Shown: piece by piece, positions 50,501 through 61,300 of the stretch
Numbering within the stretch: the first letter of the stretch is position 1
Layout: each line of letters starts with the position of its first letter
Source of the DNA: Tubiluchus corallicola
Taxonomy: Eukaryota > Animalia > Priapulida
Length of the DNA: 64,000 bases
Reading direction: 5' to 3'
Assembly (NCBI GenBank): GCA_030141605.1
Contig: JAQGDQ010000527.1
Coordinates: forward strand, 62,001-126,000
Translations under genes and position numbers: made by a program
The notes under the pieces: generated by a model
Told to the model about the DNA's origin: nothing
Database searches by the model: none
Seen by the model: the letters and a program-made list of their open reading frames with translations, nothing else

Positions 50501-51454
50501 ATGATGATGATTGGAGATTATTTTTCGTTTACGTTTATTTATTTGGTCGTCATGCCAACCACCGTAGCATGAATATCTGTGACGGTGTATAAATTTAAAA
50601 GAAAGTTGATTGGTTGGCATCCTGTCTCGGAAGACAATGGAGTGTGCGCCAAAAGAGCACCTGGTATTCCTAGGCGGTCACCCATCCAAGTACTAACCAG
50701 GCTCTACGTTGCTTAACTTTGGTGGTCAGACGAGAACCGGTGTTTTCAACGTGATTTGGCCGTAGTTTAAAAGAAAGTGAGAGTATAATTACTCATTAAT
50801 AATTTGATTAAACGCATTAATATAAAAGGTAATAATTTTAATAATAGATAATAATTTTAGGACTTCGTTTTCAGTTCATATTGTTTTTAATCCAGTTTGA
50901 ACTCTTAAATTGAACTGATGGAAAGAAACAATAAAAGTTAGTGAATCTATTTCCACCAGTCAGAAATCATTTGGATACAGCCATTTTTGATATCGATAAT
51001 CTTGAAAAAATAATGTTATAATAATTCCGTTCTTTATGTGTGTTCTGAAGATTCTCAGGTGGAATTTGTTTCTCATTTCAATTTGGCATTTACAGCGAAC
51101 ACAAAGTGTGTAACTGTAATTATTAAGTGAATCTATTTCGCAGAGTCTGGAGTTATTCGTCACAAGACTTCGCTGCATCACTCCGCATCTTCGCCGGATT
51201 TTCACCACGTCAACGCGGAGACAAAGCTGAAGAGAGTGAGCGTTGACCGCTCACCGCATTTAAACGTGTCTTTCCCGGAGTCTGGGCCGCATCGTAACGT
51301 GGTATCTTTTTCCTTAGCCGGGGATGAAGAGGATTTTGCAGAAGGGTTTAGGGGCAATTCTTCGTCTTCCAGGGCAGATTCTTGTTCTACGATGGAACTG
51401 CGGAGGACGAAAAGCAATCTGGATTTAGTGAACAGCATTCAGTGGACATACTAA
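38526..51454 (+). CDS. DELE1: DAP3-binding cell death enhancer 1 (Sel1-like repeat mitochondrial stress relay), complete, 521 aa, 11 exons
   Basis: Exons 38526-38556, 39048-39138, 40588-40744, 41787-42035, 43490-43576, 45621-45746, 46129-46278, 47112-47198, 48636-48795, 50366-50482, 51144-51454 (1566 nt, GT-AG, phases consistent). Starts MWRVLNNLPK; has WKSAF...TIFEAFGWGAAIVLGLQL (recalled human WKDAF...TLWDAISWGTLAVLALQL); Sel1 repeats GYAKAQYNLGICYERGIGV, GHAMAQYNLA, AQTYVG, ADYYLGMCYENGWGV; C-terminal HSASSPDF. Confidence 0.9.
39188..39558. mobile_element. piggyBac MITE
   Basis: TTAA|ccctttca ... tgaaaggg|TTAA. Confidence 0.85.
39681..40389. mobile_element. Tc1/mariner-pogo type MITE family H
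   Basis: ta|cagtgagtcctcgcttaacg ... cgttaagcgaggactcgctg|ta; related copy at 52418-52738. Confidence 0.88.
41285..41622 (+). mobile_element. MITE family G, right-hand fragment
   Basis: Matches ~55740-56062. Confidence 0.75.
42165..42490. repeat. ~43-bp minisatellite
   Basis: Unit gagaaaggtattctgtcactgaccactggtcacagtagggtac, with variants. Confidence 0.85.
42830..43062. mobile_element. Short relative of the 12180 element, with a TTAGGG-like run
   Basis: ggtaatatagtcacaggaaaaaa, ggttagggttagagatcggggttaggattag, repeated tgtgacttttt. Confidence 0.55.
43702..44260 (+). mobile_element. 5S rRNA-derived SINE (SINE3), longest copy, RTE-like body and tail
   Basis: 43702-43821 is a near-complete 5S rRNA sequence (gactacggccaaatcacgttgaaaacgccggttctcgtctgatcaccgaagttaagc...ttagtacttggatgggtgaccgcct...gctgtaggctt). 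It is followed by a ~420-nt body ending ccattgtcttccgagacagaaggatgcc(aacc)n. TSD atacataatgag/atacacaatgag. Confidence 0.92.
45206..45620 (+). repeat. 35-bp tandem array, ~12 copies, ending at the DELE1 exon 6 acceptor
   Basis: Unit tgttcacatgatttttttctaattttagtggagtc; the last copy supplies the real AG at 45619-45620. Confidence 0.95.
48922..49381 (+). mobile_element. hAT MITE family A
   Basis: Same TIRs; degenerate TSD ttttaagt/gtctaagt. Confidence 0.9.
49720..50326 (+). mobile_element. TTAA-flanked non-autonomous element (Kolobok-like) family I
   Basis: ttaa|ggcaaaac ... gtcttcc|tataa; colinear copy at 63121-63717. Confidence 0.7.
50607..50765 (-). mobile_element. Minimal 5S SINE: 5S head fused directly to the 3' tail
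   Basis: 5S head (to gaataccaggtgct) joined to cttttggcgcacactccattgtcttccgagacaggatgccaacc; perfect 13-bp TSD tttaaaagaaagt. Confidence 0.9.
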
Positions 51455-51499
51455 ATGCTGTAGAAGGACTTACGTGCGCGGAACCTTGTTACTCACATG

Positions 51500-51928
51500 C
51501 AGTGGCGGCTCATGTATAGGCACTGTGGCACTGCAGCACCCCCTAGTTTCACTCGATATTATTGCGTTTTTTGTTGGCATCCTTCTGTCTCGGAAGACAA
51601 TGGAGTGTGCGCCAAGAGAGTCAGTTATTGATCACATTGATGGAGCTGCAGCGTCGACTGTGGCTGAGCAGTCCGATCCTTGAACATCTGCAGGGCGCAC
51701 GCCTGGGCAAGGTGTATGGAGATCCTGAGTTTCCCAACTGACTCTCTTGGTGCACACTCCATTGTCTTCCGAGACAGAAGGATGCCGCCGCCAACAACAA
51801 CAGTAAGTAAAAAAAATACTTTTTTGTTTAGGATTTTATATGTTTGTTTCGTTGTACACAATAATAAAACAATGGCTAAAAAATTTTGAGGCAACGACCC
51901 CAGTAATCTTAGCTACAAGCCACCACTG
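51500..51928 (+). mobile_element. hAT MITE family D remnant after the DELE1 stop, interrupted by SINE fragments
   Basis: Ends cagtggcggctc ... aagccaccactg. Confidence 0.7.
51572..51801. mobile_element. Two 5'-truncated SINE 3' ends joined head-to-head
   Basis: Minus-strand tail and body at 51572-51735; plus-strand tail at 51736-51801. Confidence 0.88.
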
Positions 51929-52417
51929 TATATGTGTTATGCGCATTGTGAATAATTCTTGTTGCATTGTAATTAGACGCCATAAAATGACGTTTTTCTA
52001 GGAGCCAGTGAATAAGAAGCGTGGCTAAGCCAAATTGAATTGTTAGCTATTAAGCAGTATTTTTTATGAAAAGTATGTCGTTGAACAACCAGTGTATGAC
52101 GATACAAAAATCTACACAGAAGTGTGATTTGCGAGTTTGACATATTAAACACCTCATGCTTATACAGGGTGAAAATCATTTGAAATTCAGGGATCGCAGT
52201 CAGGGTCGATTCGCTATATATTATGTCTCATTTTGTGGTAATACTGTAATTTTGCAACAAAATTTTTGAAAATAGTTGCAACTTTTCCAACGTGTGCCTA
52301 CTAAACAGTTCTAAAAACGACCGTGTTCAGTTTTTCGAGCTTGTAGTAAGAATTGATAGATGTCACTGTCAGTCAAGAAATCAACACTATTGGTGGTCGT
52401 ACTGTTTAATTGCAATA

Positions 52418-52738
52418 CAGTAAGTCCTCGCTTAATGACACTTATGCGTTCCAAGAAAGTGCTAAGCTAACTGAAGGTAAATGCGTAAGTCTGAGTAAAT
52501 GCACAATTTAGTAATCAGTTGATTAGTCGTACATACCAGGATTAATGAAAAAGTCAAAAGCAAAGATTTCATTTGAAAATTTTTGATTTGAATTTCAGAT
52601 CATCATCAGGCACAAATGAGACACAGTAGAATTTGAAAAGCAAATTGTATAATAAACAAAACATTGTACAAATATAACAAAATCGTCGTTAAGTGAAAAA
52701 GGTGCCAAATGTTCGGCGTCGTTAAGCGAGGACTTACT
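52418..52738. mobile_element. MITE family H, deleted derivative
   Basis: ta|cagtaagtcctcgcttaa ... ttaagcgaggacttact. Confidence 0.75.
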
Positions 52739-53256
52739 CAAGTTCTTCAAACAAGCCACCCCAACAGCAGTTATCTAGTTTTCAATGTAATTTTGATGAT
52801 GAAGTTTGTAATTTTGATGACTATGTTTTGCTGTTCTTAAATTCAGTATATAGTAAAGGGGGAGAGAAAGAGAGTGTCTCGTTATTGAAACAACAAGCAC
52901 GAAGCATATGTGACTTTCCTCTGCTTTATGTTTGATCTTCTAACCTTTGCGACTAACATTGTTGATAAAATAAGCTGCCTTTATATAAATACATGATGTT
53001 AAGGTTATTTTGAAAAGTTACTATCGTGTTTAAAATAGTTGAAAATTGTAAATAGAGTTAGTGGCAGTTTAGCTTTCGATCTAGTATCCGTAATACTGCA
53101 TACATGTATATATTGTTTCGAGAACGTTTTAATCCGAGAACTGTGATTATGCTTGTTATGAATTACAACCATTTACTATAGAAGCATTTAATAGAGGCTA
53201 GAATTATTAGTTAGCTTCGGTTTTTTTACTGATGTATAGAATTTAATATTGTACAT

Positions 53257-53262
53257 AATAAA
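53257..53262 (+). terminator. Candidate DELE1 polyadenylation signal
   Basis: AATAAA followed ~20-30 nt later by a GT/T-rich tract. Other AATAAA sites exist (e.g. ~51864), so the usage is uncertain. Confidence 0.4.
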
Positions 53263-53344
53263 CGACTTTGTTTAAAATTAGTTTTAGTGTGTTGACCAGA
53301 CTGTATGCCTTATTCTCTATGGTTCATATTATGACACAGGATAG

Positions 53345-53610
53345 TAAGGCCCGATTAGGACCAGCATGGTAAGGTCCGATTATGACCAACATGGCAGGGT
53401 TCGATTAGGAGCAGTATGGGAGGGCTTGATTAGGAGCAGCATGGGAGGGCTCGATTAGGAGCAGTATGGGAGGGCTTGATTAGGAGCAGCATGGGAGGGC
53501 TCGATTAGGAGCAGCATGGGAGGGCTTGATTAGGAGCAGTATGGGAGGGCTTGATTAGGAGCAGTATGGGAGGGCTTGATTAGGAGCAGCATGGGAGGGC
53601 TCGATAAGGA
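53345..53610. repeat. 25-bp G-rich minisatellite
   Basis: Unit gattaggagcagyatgggagggcty, ~10 copies; followed by a ~45-bp repeat to 53745. Confidence 0.9.
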
Positions 53611-53966
53611 TTTGCTGTTGACATGAGGATCGTTTATGATTCGGATGGGGAGGTTAGTCTGGTGTTAAGATGAGGATCGCTCATGATAAGAATGGGGAGG
53701 GTAGTCTGGTGTTAAGATGAGGATCGTTTATGATTCGGATGGGGATAGTAAAATAGTTACAATTTAGCTGACACATCTTTAGTGACAGTGATGAAACGAA
53801 TGATTACATGGTCAATCATGGTTAAATGTTGTGTAACTGGTTTTGCAGGTTAACTATAAAATGCAATGCAATTAGACCGGAAATTCTAATCGATAACAAG
53901 ATTGACAAAATCCTGTTCTTTCAATAGCATTTGCAGCACCAGGATCAAATAAAAACTTGGACAATA

Positions 53967-54285
53967 CAGTCGACCCTCGTTAAACCGGACCCCGTAGCCC
54001 GGATATCGGATAAGACGGACGTCATCCGTGGTAAAGGAAACTGACCGATTTCCGTCCGAGCCGTAGCGCTAAACACAACACGGCCTACCAACTGTACAAT
54101 AATTTCTTTATCCTAACAGGTTAACTATTTTAAAGTAATATACAGTATAGTATATAGTGCAATGTATAGGCCTTATTAAGGTGATTGTTCCTGTATAATA
54201 TAGACCATATATAGGCATATCGGATAAATCGGCTAAACCCGACCACCGACCCCCTAAATTAGTCCTGTTTAAAGAGCGTTGACTG
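53967..54285 (+). mobile_element. MITE family F
   Basis: ta|cagtcgaccctcgttaaac ... gttgactg|ta. Confidence 0.88.
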
Positions 54286-54615
54286 TAATTACTAATTGAA
54301 TACGGGCTGTAAAGTATTGATTGCCCAGAGCTCACAACATACTTGATTATTTCTTCAAGGTCAAGTTAGAAAGTATGAAACGTCTTGCCGACTTTCTTCA
54401 GTGCAGGTCTTTCTAATTAAATTATTTTACCGTCTGTTAGACATTTTGCACTTTTTTCAAACGTAATATTCATAGCAAATACGTAAATACAAACTCACAC
54501 GAGTACATCCCCCCCCACACACAATACACACGTACACACACGCACACACATACATGAGCGTACACGCACCTGAGTGCGTGAGAGATAAGAGGCGAATGGA
54601 GAGAATGAATGTGTT

Positions 54616-54790
54616 TTGAGAGAGAGTGAGAGAGACAGAGAGAGAGAGAGAAGAGAGTGAGTGAGAGAGAGAGAGGAGAAAGAGTGGAGAAGGGAGAGAG
54701 AGAGAGAGTGAGTGAGAGAGACAGAGAGAGAGGAGAAAGAGTAAGTGAGTGAGAGAGAGAGAGAGTGGCGAAGGGAGAGACTGAGCGAGA
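54616..54790. repeat. (GA)n-rich microsatellite
   Basis: Direct reading. Confidence 0.85.
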
Positions 54791-55471
54791 TAATTCTGAT
54801 GAGACAGAGAAATGTAAAATGAACGAGATCATGAAAGATACAAAACGCTGCCCTATATTATCTGCTAACCGTCATCATCAAAATTACAAACTTCGTCATC
54901 AACATTCCATTATAGTACTTTCTCGTGTTTAGTTTTCTCTCAGACTTCCAAGAAGTTCCAAAAATGTTTTTTTTTGAGGCGGATCATGTGGATGTTTGCA
55001 AAATTTGGATTTGTCGCCATAGAGAGCACATCTACCCCTTCAGGAAACAAAATGATGCCTATCTCTGTAAGACAAAGTATCAATCTTAACTTGGAATGCT
55101 GCAGATTCAGTTGCTTCCCAATTTCCGCAGTCTCCGAATTCAAAACACAAACCCTTAGTGACATGAAATAGAGAAAAATCTTTCAATACGATGCACACTA
55201 GAAATTTGATTCAAAACAGACGACTCATGGTTTTATTATAGCTCAATGATCATACTAGGTAATATAGTTCACAGTACAGATATGTCACAATATCTTTTCG
55301 CAAACAAAGCGATTTCTTTCAGCAAAAACAATTTTAATCAAATCTAAGACACTATTTACAAGAATATTTTCCTCCAGCATGCTGAGGTTCCTCTGTGCCT
55401 CAGCCTCCAGCATGCTGAGAGGTGATGGAGAGCATCATTCGCATGCAGTTTCTCATTTTAACTCACTAATA

Positions 55472-56062
55472 CAGTCTAACCTCATTATCTCGTCCCTCGT
55501 TATGCCGCCAAACTCGTCTCTCGCCATAGAAAGTACCAGGACAGATTTCCTGCTTTGATATTTACCTCGTTAAGTCGCCACCCTCGCTTCTCGCCCTCGC
55601 CACGTCACGCTAGGATGAGGGCTTATGTAAACTATATTCGTTATGACGCCAAACAGACAAACTCAGAGGTGAATCGATCAATATATACACCGCGTGTCGA
55701 TCAACATAACTGTGGTATGTAGACAATGCTGCTGTACTTGGTTAATGCGCAGAGAAACTAAAGCGCCACCGATATCCTTACTCCATAGCACCAAAGCTGT
55801 GTTTAAGTTTGAGTTTCCACAAAGTGTGAGCAACTTTACATGATGTCTCTGAAGCGAAAACTGTTTTGTCTTAATCCTGAACAAAAAAAGGAAATTTGTA
55901 TTTATCATACGAATAATTATGTTAACTATGTTAATCAACTATTATGTACAGTATGTATATACATATAGACTAACTTCATTATATTCCCGTTATCTCGCCA
56001 TACTCGCCTCTCGCCAAAAATTTGCCCTAGATGGACAGTGGCGAGATAACGAGGTTAGACTG
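55472..56062 (+). mobile_element. MITE family G, full length, 40 nt beyond the RFC3 stop
   Basis: ta|cagtctaacctcattatctcg ... cgagataacgaggttagactg|ta. Confidence 0.9.
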
Positions 56063-56102
56063 TACACCATGAGAAAATCAGCAGATTAACACAAGAAGCG
56101 CA

Positions 56103-58281
56103 TCAGAAGTCGCCCATCAAATTTTCCTCGATGAACCGCTGATAAATCGACATGAATTTGGCCACGAATGCCTCGAGATGGTAGATCGACTTCTGCCCCA
56201 TTTGCAGACGGTGCTCGTAATAGGCAGCCATCTGCGTGACCTCTGCTTTGAGCTGCCCGTCGCAGTTTGAAATGAGTTCAGACAACAAACCCTGAAAGAA
56301 AATACATAACAGAATGAGTGGGATCAGTAAGAGTGTAGACCAGAGGGAATCATTTTTTATAATGTCTATTTATTGCTTGCTCTACAATAAATAACAAAAC
56401 TTGCATATCAATAAGTTTCCTTCCTAGTCTAAGAGTTTTCTTGTACAGTTCAGCAAACTCTAACTAGATAACCAGCAAATCACCTATCCACTTAGTAGGC
56501 AAACTCAGTGCCGCTTAACTGCTGTAGTCAAAAATATCTTGACCCCAAAATTATTTTCAACGTTTTTCATCTTCTATTCTTTAAGATAACACCTGAAGTA
56601 GCTCAATATTTATTTTCAAGGTGGTTCCGTTATTATTACCCACATGTAACTTCAATAAACCTGTGTGCTACCATTTCTTAAGCCCTTGGTATGACTGGGT
56701 TGGGAGTTGAACACTCGGCCTCCCAGATGGGAATTGAGCACATTATCAGTGTCGTACACAGTATGGTATAATGATGACAAACCTTCATGATAACGTCTGG
56801 TGGAAGGCAATGGGTAAGCAGTTCATACAGACGACCTCTGACTTCAAATATCCTGAAAATATCAAAAAATTAATAATTATAATCAATACACTTTTGTCAG
56901 GCATTAAAATACACGTGGGAATTCAAAATAAAAAGAAAGTTATTATGGAGTTTAAGCTTTGTGGCAAATGATAAAAAAATCGAAAAAAACTTTTAGTAAC
57001 TGCAGTATTTGCGCTGTAACAACGTACAGTATTACTTAAGTGAAATTGGCTGTTAAAATGCAGAAAATTGGCTGTTAAATGCAGAAAATTTCAACTATCA
57101 AAACACAACACTCCGATACACTTTGGCCTCAAGTCTACGCTATTTTTAAGGAGAAATTCCTGTTAAAAGATGAAACGACCTTAATTTGTCCTTGGCAGAT
57201 CTGTTACATTTTTCTAGAATAGCAGCAGAACACTGCACAGCTTGGGCTTTAGCAAGCAGGCGATCAATAAAATCATGTGCACGATCACGCAAGTGTACGC
57301 CAGACTAAGCTACTCAATACGCTAAATTGGAGTGCCCGAAAAGGGCATGTTTTTCTTATTCAATTAAATCACTTATAAATGTTTAAACAAATTACATGAT
57401 TGGATAGCCGAGATTCTCTTGAATATAACAGTACCCAATTTACAATCATTTAGTTATGTCTGTGCTCATACCGTGGCAGAAAAGTCATAGGTCTTACAAG
57501 ACCTATTTTTAATGGCGGATGATTAAATGATTGTCTCTACCAATCTTAGTATATTACAGATATGAAGCTTGGCTTGTGCAGATCGAGTGGTCTTGGATGC
57601 AAAAATAAACTCGCAAATAGATACTTATTTCAACACCTCTGTTCTACGTACAACAGCAGATAACTTACCTTCATGCAATAAGTAAAACAGTAAACAGATT
57701 TCTATTCATTCTGACAAAAATCTGCCACACTTTATAATAAATCTCCTCTTACTGAATACCTTGATTACAACAAACAGCCTGCACATTACACGCCTTGCTC
57801 ATGTCTGACACAACTTAAGCTTTTTTGGACTCTGGTTATTTTAGTGGGTGTGACTCTGAATGTAGCACAATGAACCAGGGACTAAGTCACTTTTCTTTGA
57901 CACCTTGGAACACTCCAATCCTGCTGTACAGCTTAGAACACAAGACTACAGAAAGGTAACTTAAGGGCACTTATGACTCATGTGGTATAAATACTGAGCG
58001 AAGAAGACTCTTCCTGATTATATTGTAAAACATATATACGTTCTGGAGATGCCAACTGAATGACTGCCCCGGAGTTTATTAACTTTCAGAGTAACCGACA
58101 ACCGGTCCATTCTGAATCCCGGAAGGAAATGATTACTGTGGGACAGCCAGTCCCTATCAATATCAGGAATAATGAGTATAGTAATAATATTAATAATCAT
58201 AGTAGTAGTAATAATAATAATAATAATAATAATAGTAATAATAACAACAACAACAATAATATCGACAATAATAATAATAAT

Positions 58282-58320
<39 letters not shown>

Positions 58321-61300
58321 AATAATAACAACAACAACAACAATAATAATAATAACAACAATAATAACGACAATAACAATAATAATAATAATAATCTTTA
58401 TTTAAAATCGGCTTTTGGATAAACAATTAACATTGGCTCAAAAAGCATTTTGCCAACTGTAAATAACAATTCCACAACTACATAACAGAGATTATTACCC
58501 CACTTTTACCCTACATATCATGTGCCAAGCAGGGCAACAGTAGGCACCATTTTTATTTATGGGCTTCGGTATGACTCAACTGTGAACACATGACCTCTCA
58601 GACAGAAAGGAGATGCATTACCACTGCACTGTACCACCTGGTCAACTGGTCAGTAGACTATCAGTCCTGGAGGTTTATCAGCCTTAGAGGTATTAACCAA
58701 TGACTGGTTAGCCAATACCTTTGCAGGCCCCCTATGTTAACTGTTTTGGGTATATACATGACAAACCAAATATCCAATTTTGCATAGAAGTTATTAACTA
58801 ACCTTCTTGGGCTTTGCTCCTGTACAATCATGCTAGCCGTCTCTCTCAGGTACAGTTCCCAATCAGCTTCTGTTACATCCTGGTCAGGTGAAAAAGGATA
58901 CCTGGAAAATTCAAATGCACATCATAACTAATTGAACAGTTTTGTGCTGTATGAAATATAACGTACATACATAGCTCATTGGTCCTGATTTTAATAATTT
59001 TAAATAGCCACAAAGCTAATTATAGGTGTTACATGTCAAATGTAGACCTGCGTTAACTCAAATGTAGATTTAGGTAATTCAAATGCGTCTTGGTAACTCA
59101 AATGTAGATTTAGGTAATTCAAATGTGTCTTGGTAACTCAAATGTAGATTTAGGTAATTCAAATGTGTCTTGGTAACTCAAATGTAGATTTAGGTAGTTC
59201 AAATGTGTCTTGGTAACTCAAATGTAGATTTAGGTAATTCAAATGTGTCTTGGTAACTCAAATGTAGACTTAGGAAGTTCAAATGTGTTAACAATGGTTT
59301 TCAACAAATCTTGAGCGTTTTTGGTAAGTCAAATGTAGACACATGTCAAGTCAAATGTGACATTGGTATCTCAAATGTGGATAGGTGGTAAAGTTTAAGG
59401 ATGTTAAATTTAATCTTCATTAATTTCAATTTAATAATTGCTCTTAAGCTAAAATAACAACGTTATAGGTTCACTAATATTCTGCAAACTTTACATACCA
59501 CTGGAACTGTTAGAGAAAACAATACATTCTTAAAATAAACAATGTTTCTTGAGAGAAACTAATTCATTAATGCAGTGCTAATGTATTACTTAAAAAACTA
59601 ATTAGTGATTCACTGTTCATTGGGAAGGGATAAACAACACATTTTTCAAGGTTATGAAAGAGGTGATGACTATCTTTGGTTTATCTTTTTGTAATTTGCA
59701 TTTAAATGAGTTAATTACCGATTTATTCAAAGTACCGCATCTACATTTGACTTACCGAAGTCATATTTGAACTTTCCTGTGTCTACATTTGATGTGTAAA
59801 ACCTATAGTAACACCTCAGGGAGGTGTTAAAATAGAGCTAAAATAGCCTCAATAACTGAAATATCTATCAAAAGGAAAGACGCTAATTCCTAGACATTAA
59901 GGGCTGGATTCACTAACATGCGGAAAGATTTTCGTAACAAACTTCGTAGGAATTTTTTGTTTCAGTACAGTTGCAATCGCATTTAACAACCTTCTTAGGT
60001 TATGAAACTTTTACGAATTCTATCGTAAGCTTAAGAATGTTCTTGTGAATAGCCTTGCGAATAAAACAGTTCGTAAGAACCTTTGTGAATCCGCCTACAG
60101 GAAATCCTGTCTTACAATCATCACCGACTTTTTGTGAAAATTACTTTCTTAATTAGATAAAGAATAAGTTTTAACTTGTGTGCTTGCATAGCAAAATCGT
60201 CCATAAGTCGGCAAAGTTAAAACTACATTATGATAATTTAAAATAGAATGCACCAAAAATTTGGTCTAATGTTAATTTTTTGTTTTTTATAAAAACAGTT
60301 GCTAAATATAGTGGACTTTAATATTCTAGCATCTAATTGTCAATAAAATGTTTAAAAGATACTAAAAAACTAATTTTATAACCCTGTGCCCACTTTTCTG
60401 GCTAGAAACTAGTACAACAATTGAGAAAAACTTGTATTTTAATTTTCAAACTCCGGTAGTAGCTCACGGAAGCAATCATTTCGCTTCGGTTTTTTTCTGT
60501 TGCCAAGCCCAGTTCTTCGTCAAAAAGAGCAAATCTGACCGATTTAAACATAACTTCAAACTGCTCTTGCAAAGTTCGTAGCAACCAACATTTGTACGGC
60601 TGCTAAGTGTTTTGTAGAAACTCGACAAAAAACAATGGCTGACTTTAGCGGCAATTTTCTCAAGGTAATGCTTTCAGTGTACAGACTGCACCTCGAAGTT
60701 CAATGTTGATTATCTCAGCTTAGAAATAACATAGAGCAATGAGCTTGATATCAAAATGATCCTCATGAAATGGAGATTCAGGATATGTGAACATCTAGAA
60801 AAGCTTAATTGCTGATATATGGACGATTTTGTTATGCAAGCACATATATCATGTTTTTTATGTATCCAAGGAAAGAATAAATTTCTATTCTATTCTATTC
60901 TGTTACGTTAAGTGCCGTATCGTGGTTTACGCTCAGTCCACAACAAAAAGTACTATTTATAACGATTTTCTAAAGACATCATTAAATTATAACAATTTTT
61001 TAAACTTTCAAACTTACTGTTGCACACGACACGCTTCACACATCAGCAAAGCCCTGCGTAAATTCCGACCACTTTTCTCAGCCACCCTCTGCGCTAAAGG
61101 AGAAGGCAAATTTAACCCCTCCTTCCTACAAACATTGTGCAGAATTCGACAAATCTGAAAATTAAGGAAAACAATTTAATTGTGTACGATTCAGACATGA
61201 TTTGTTGCTAATACAGTCGACCCTCGTTAAACCGGACCCCGTTAGCCCGGATATCGGATAAAACACACGTCATCCGTGGTAAAGGAAACTGACCGATTTC

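Noticed and set aside
58060-58426. Poly-Asn/Leu/Cys ORFs
   Set aside because: Translations of an intronic AAT/AAC microsatellite.
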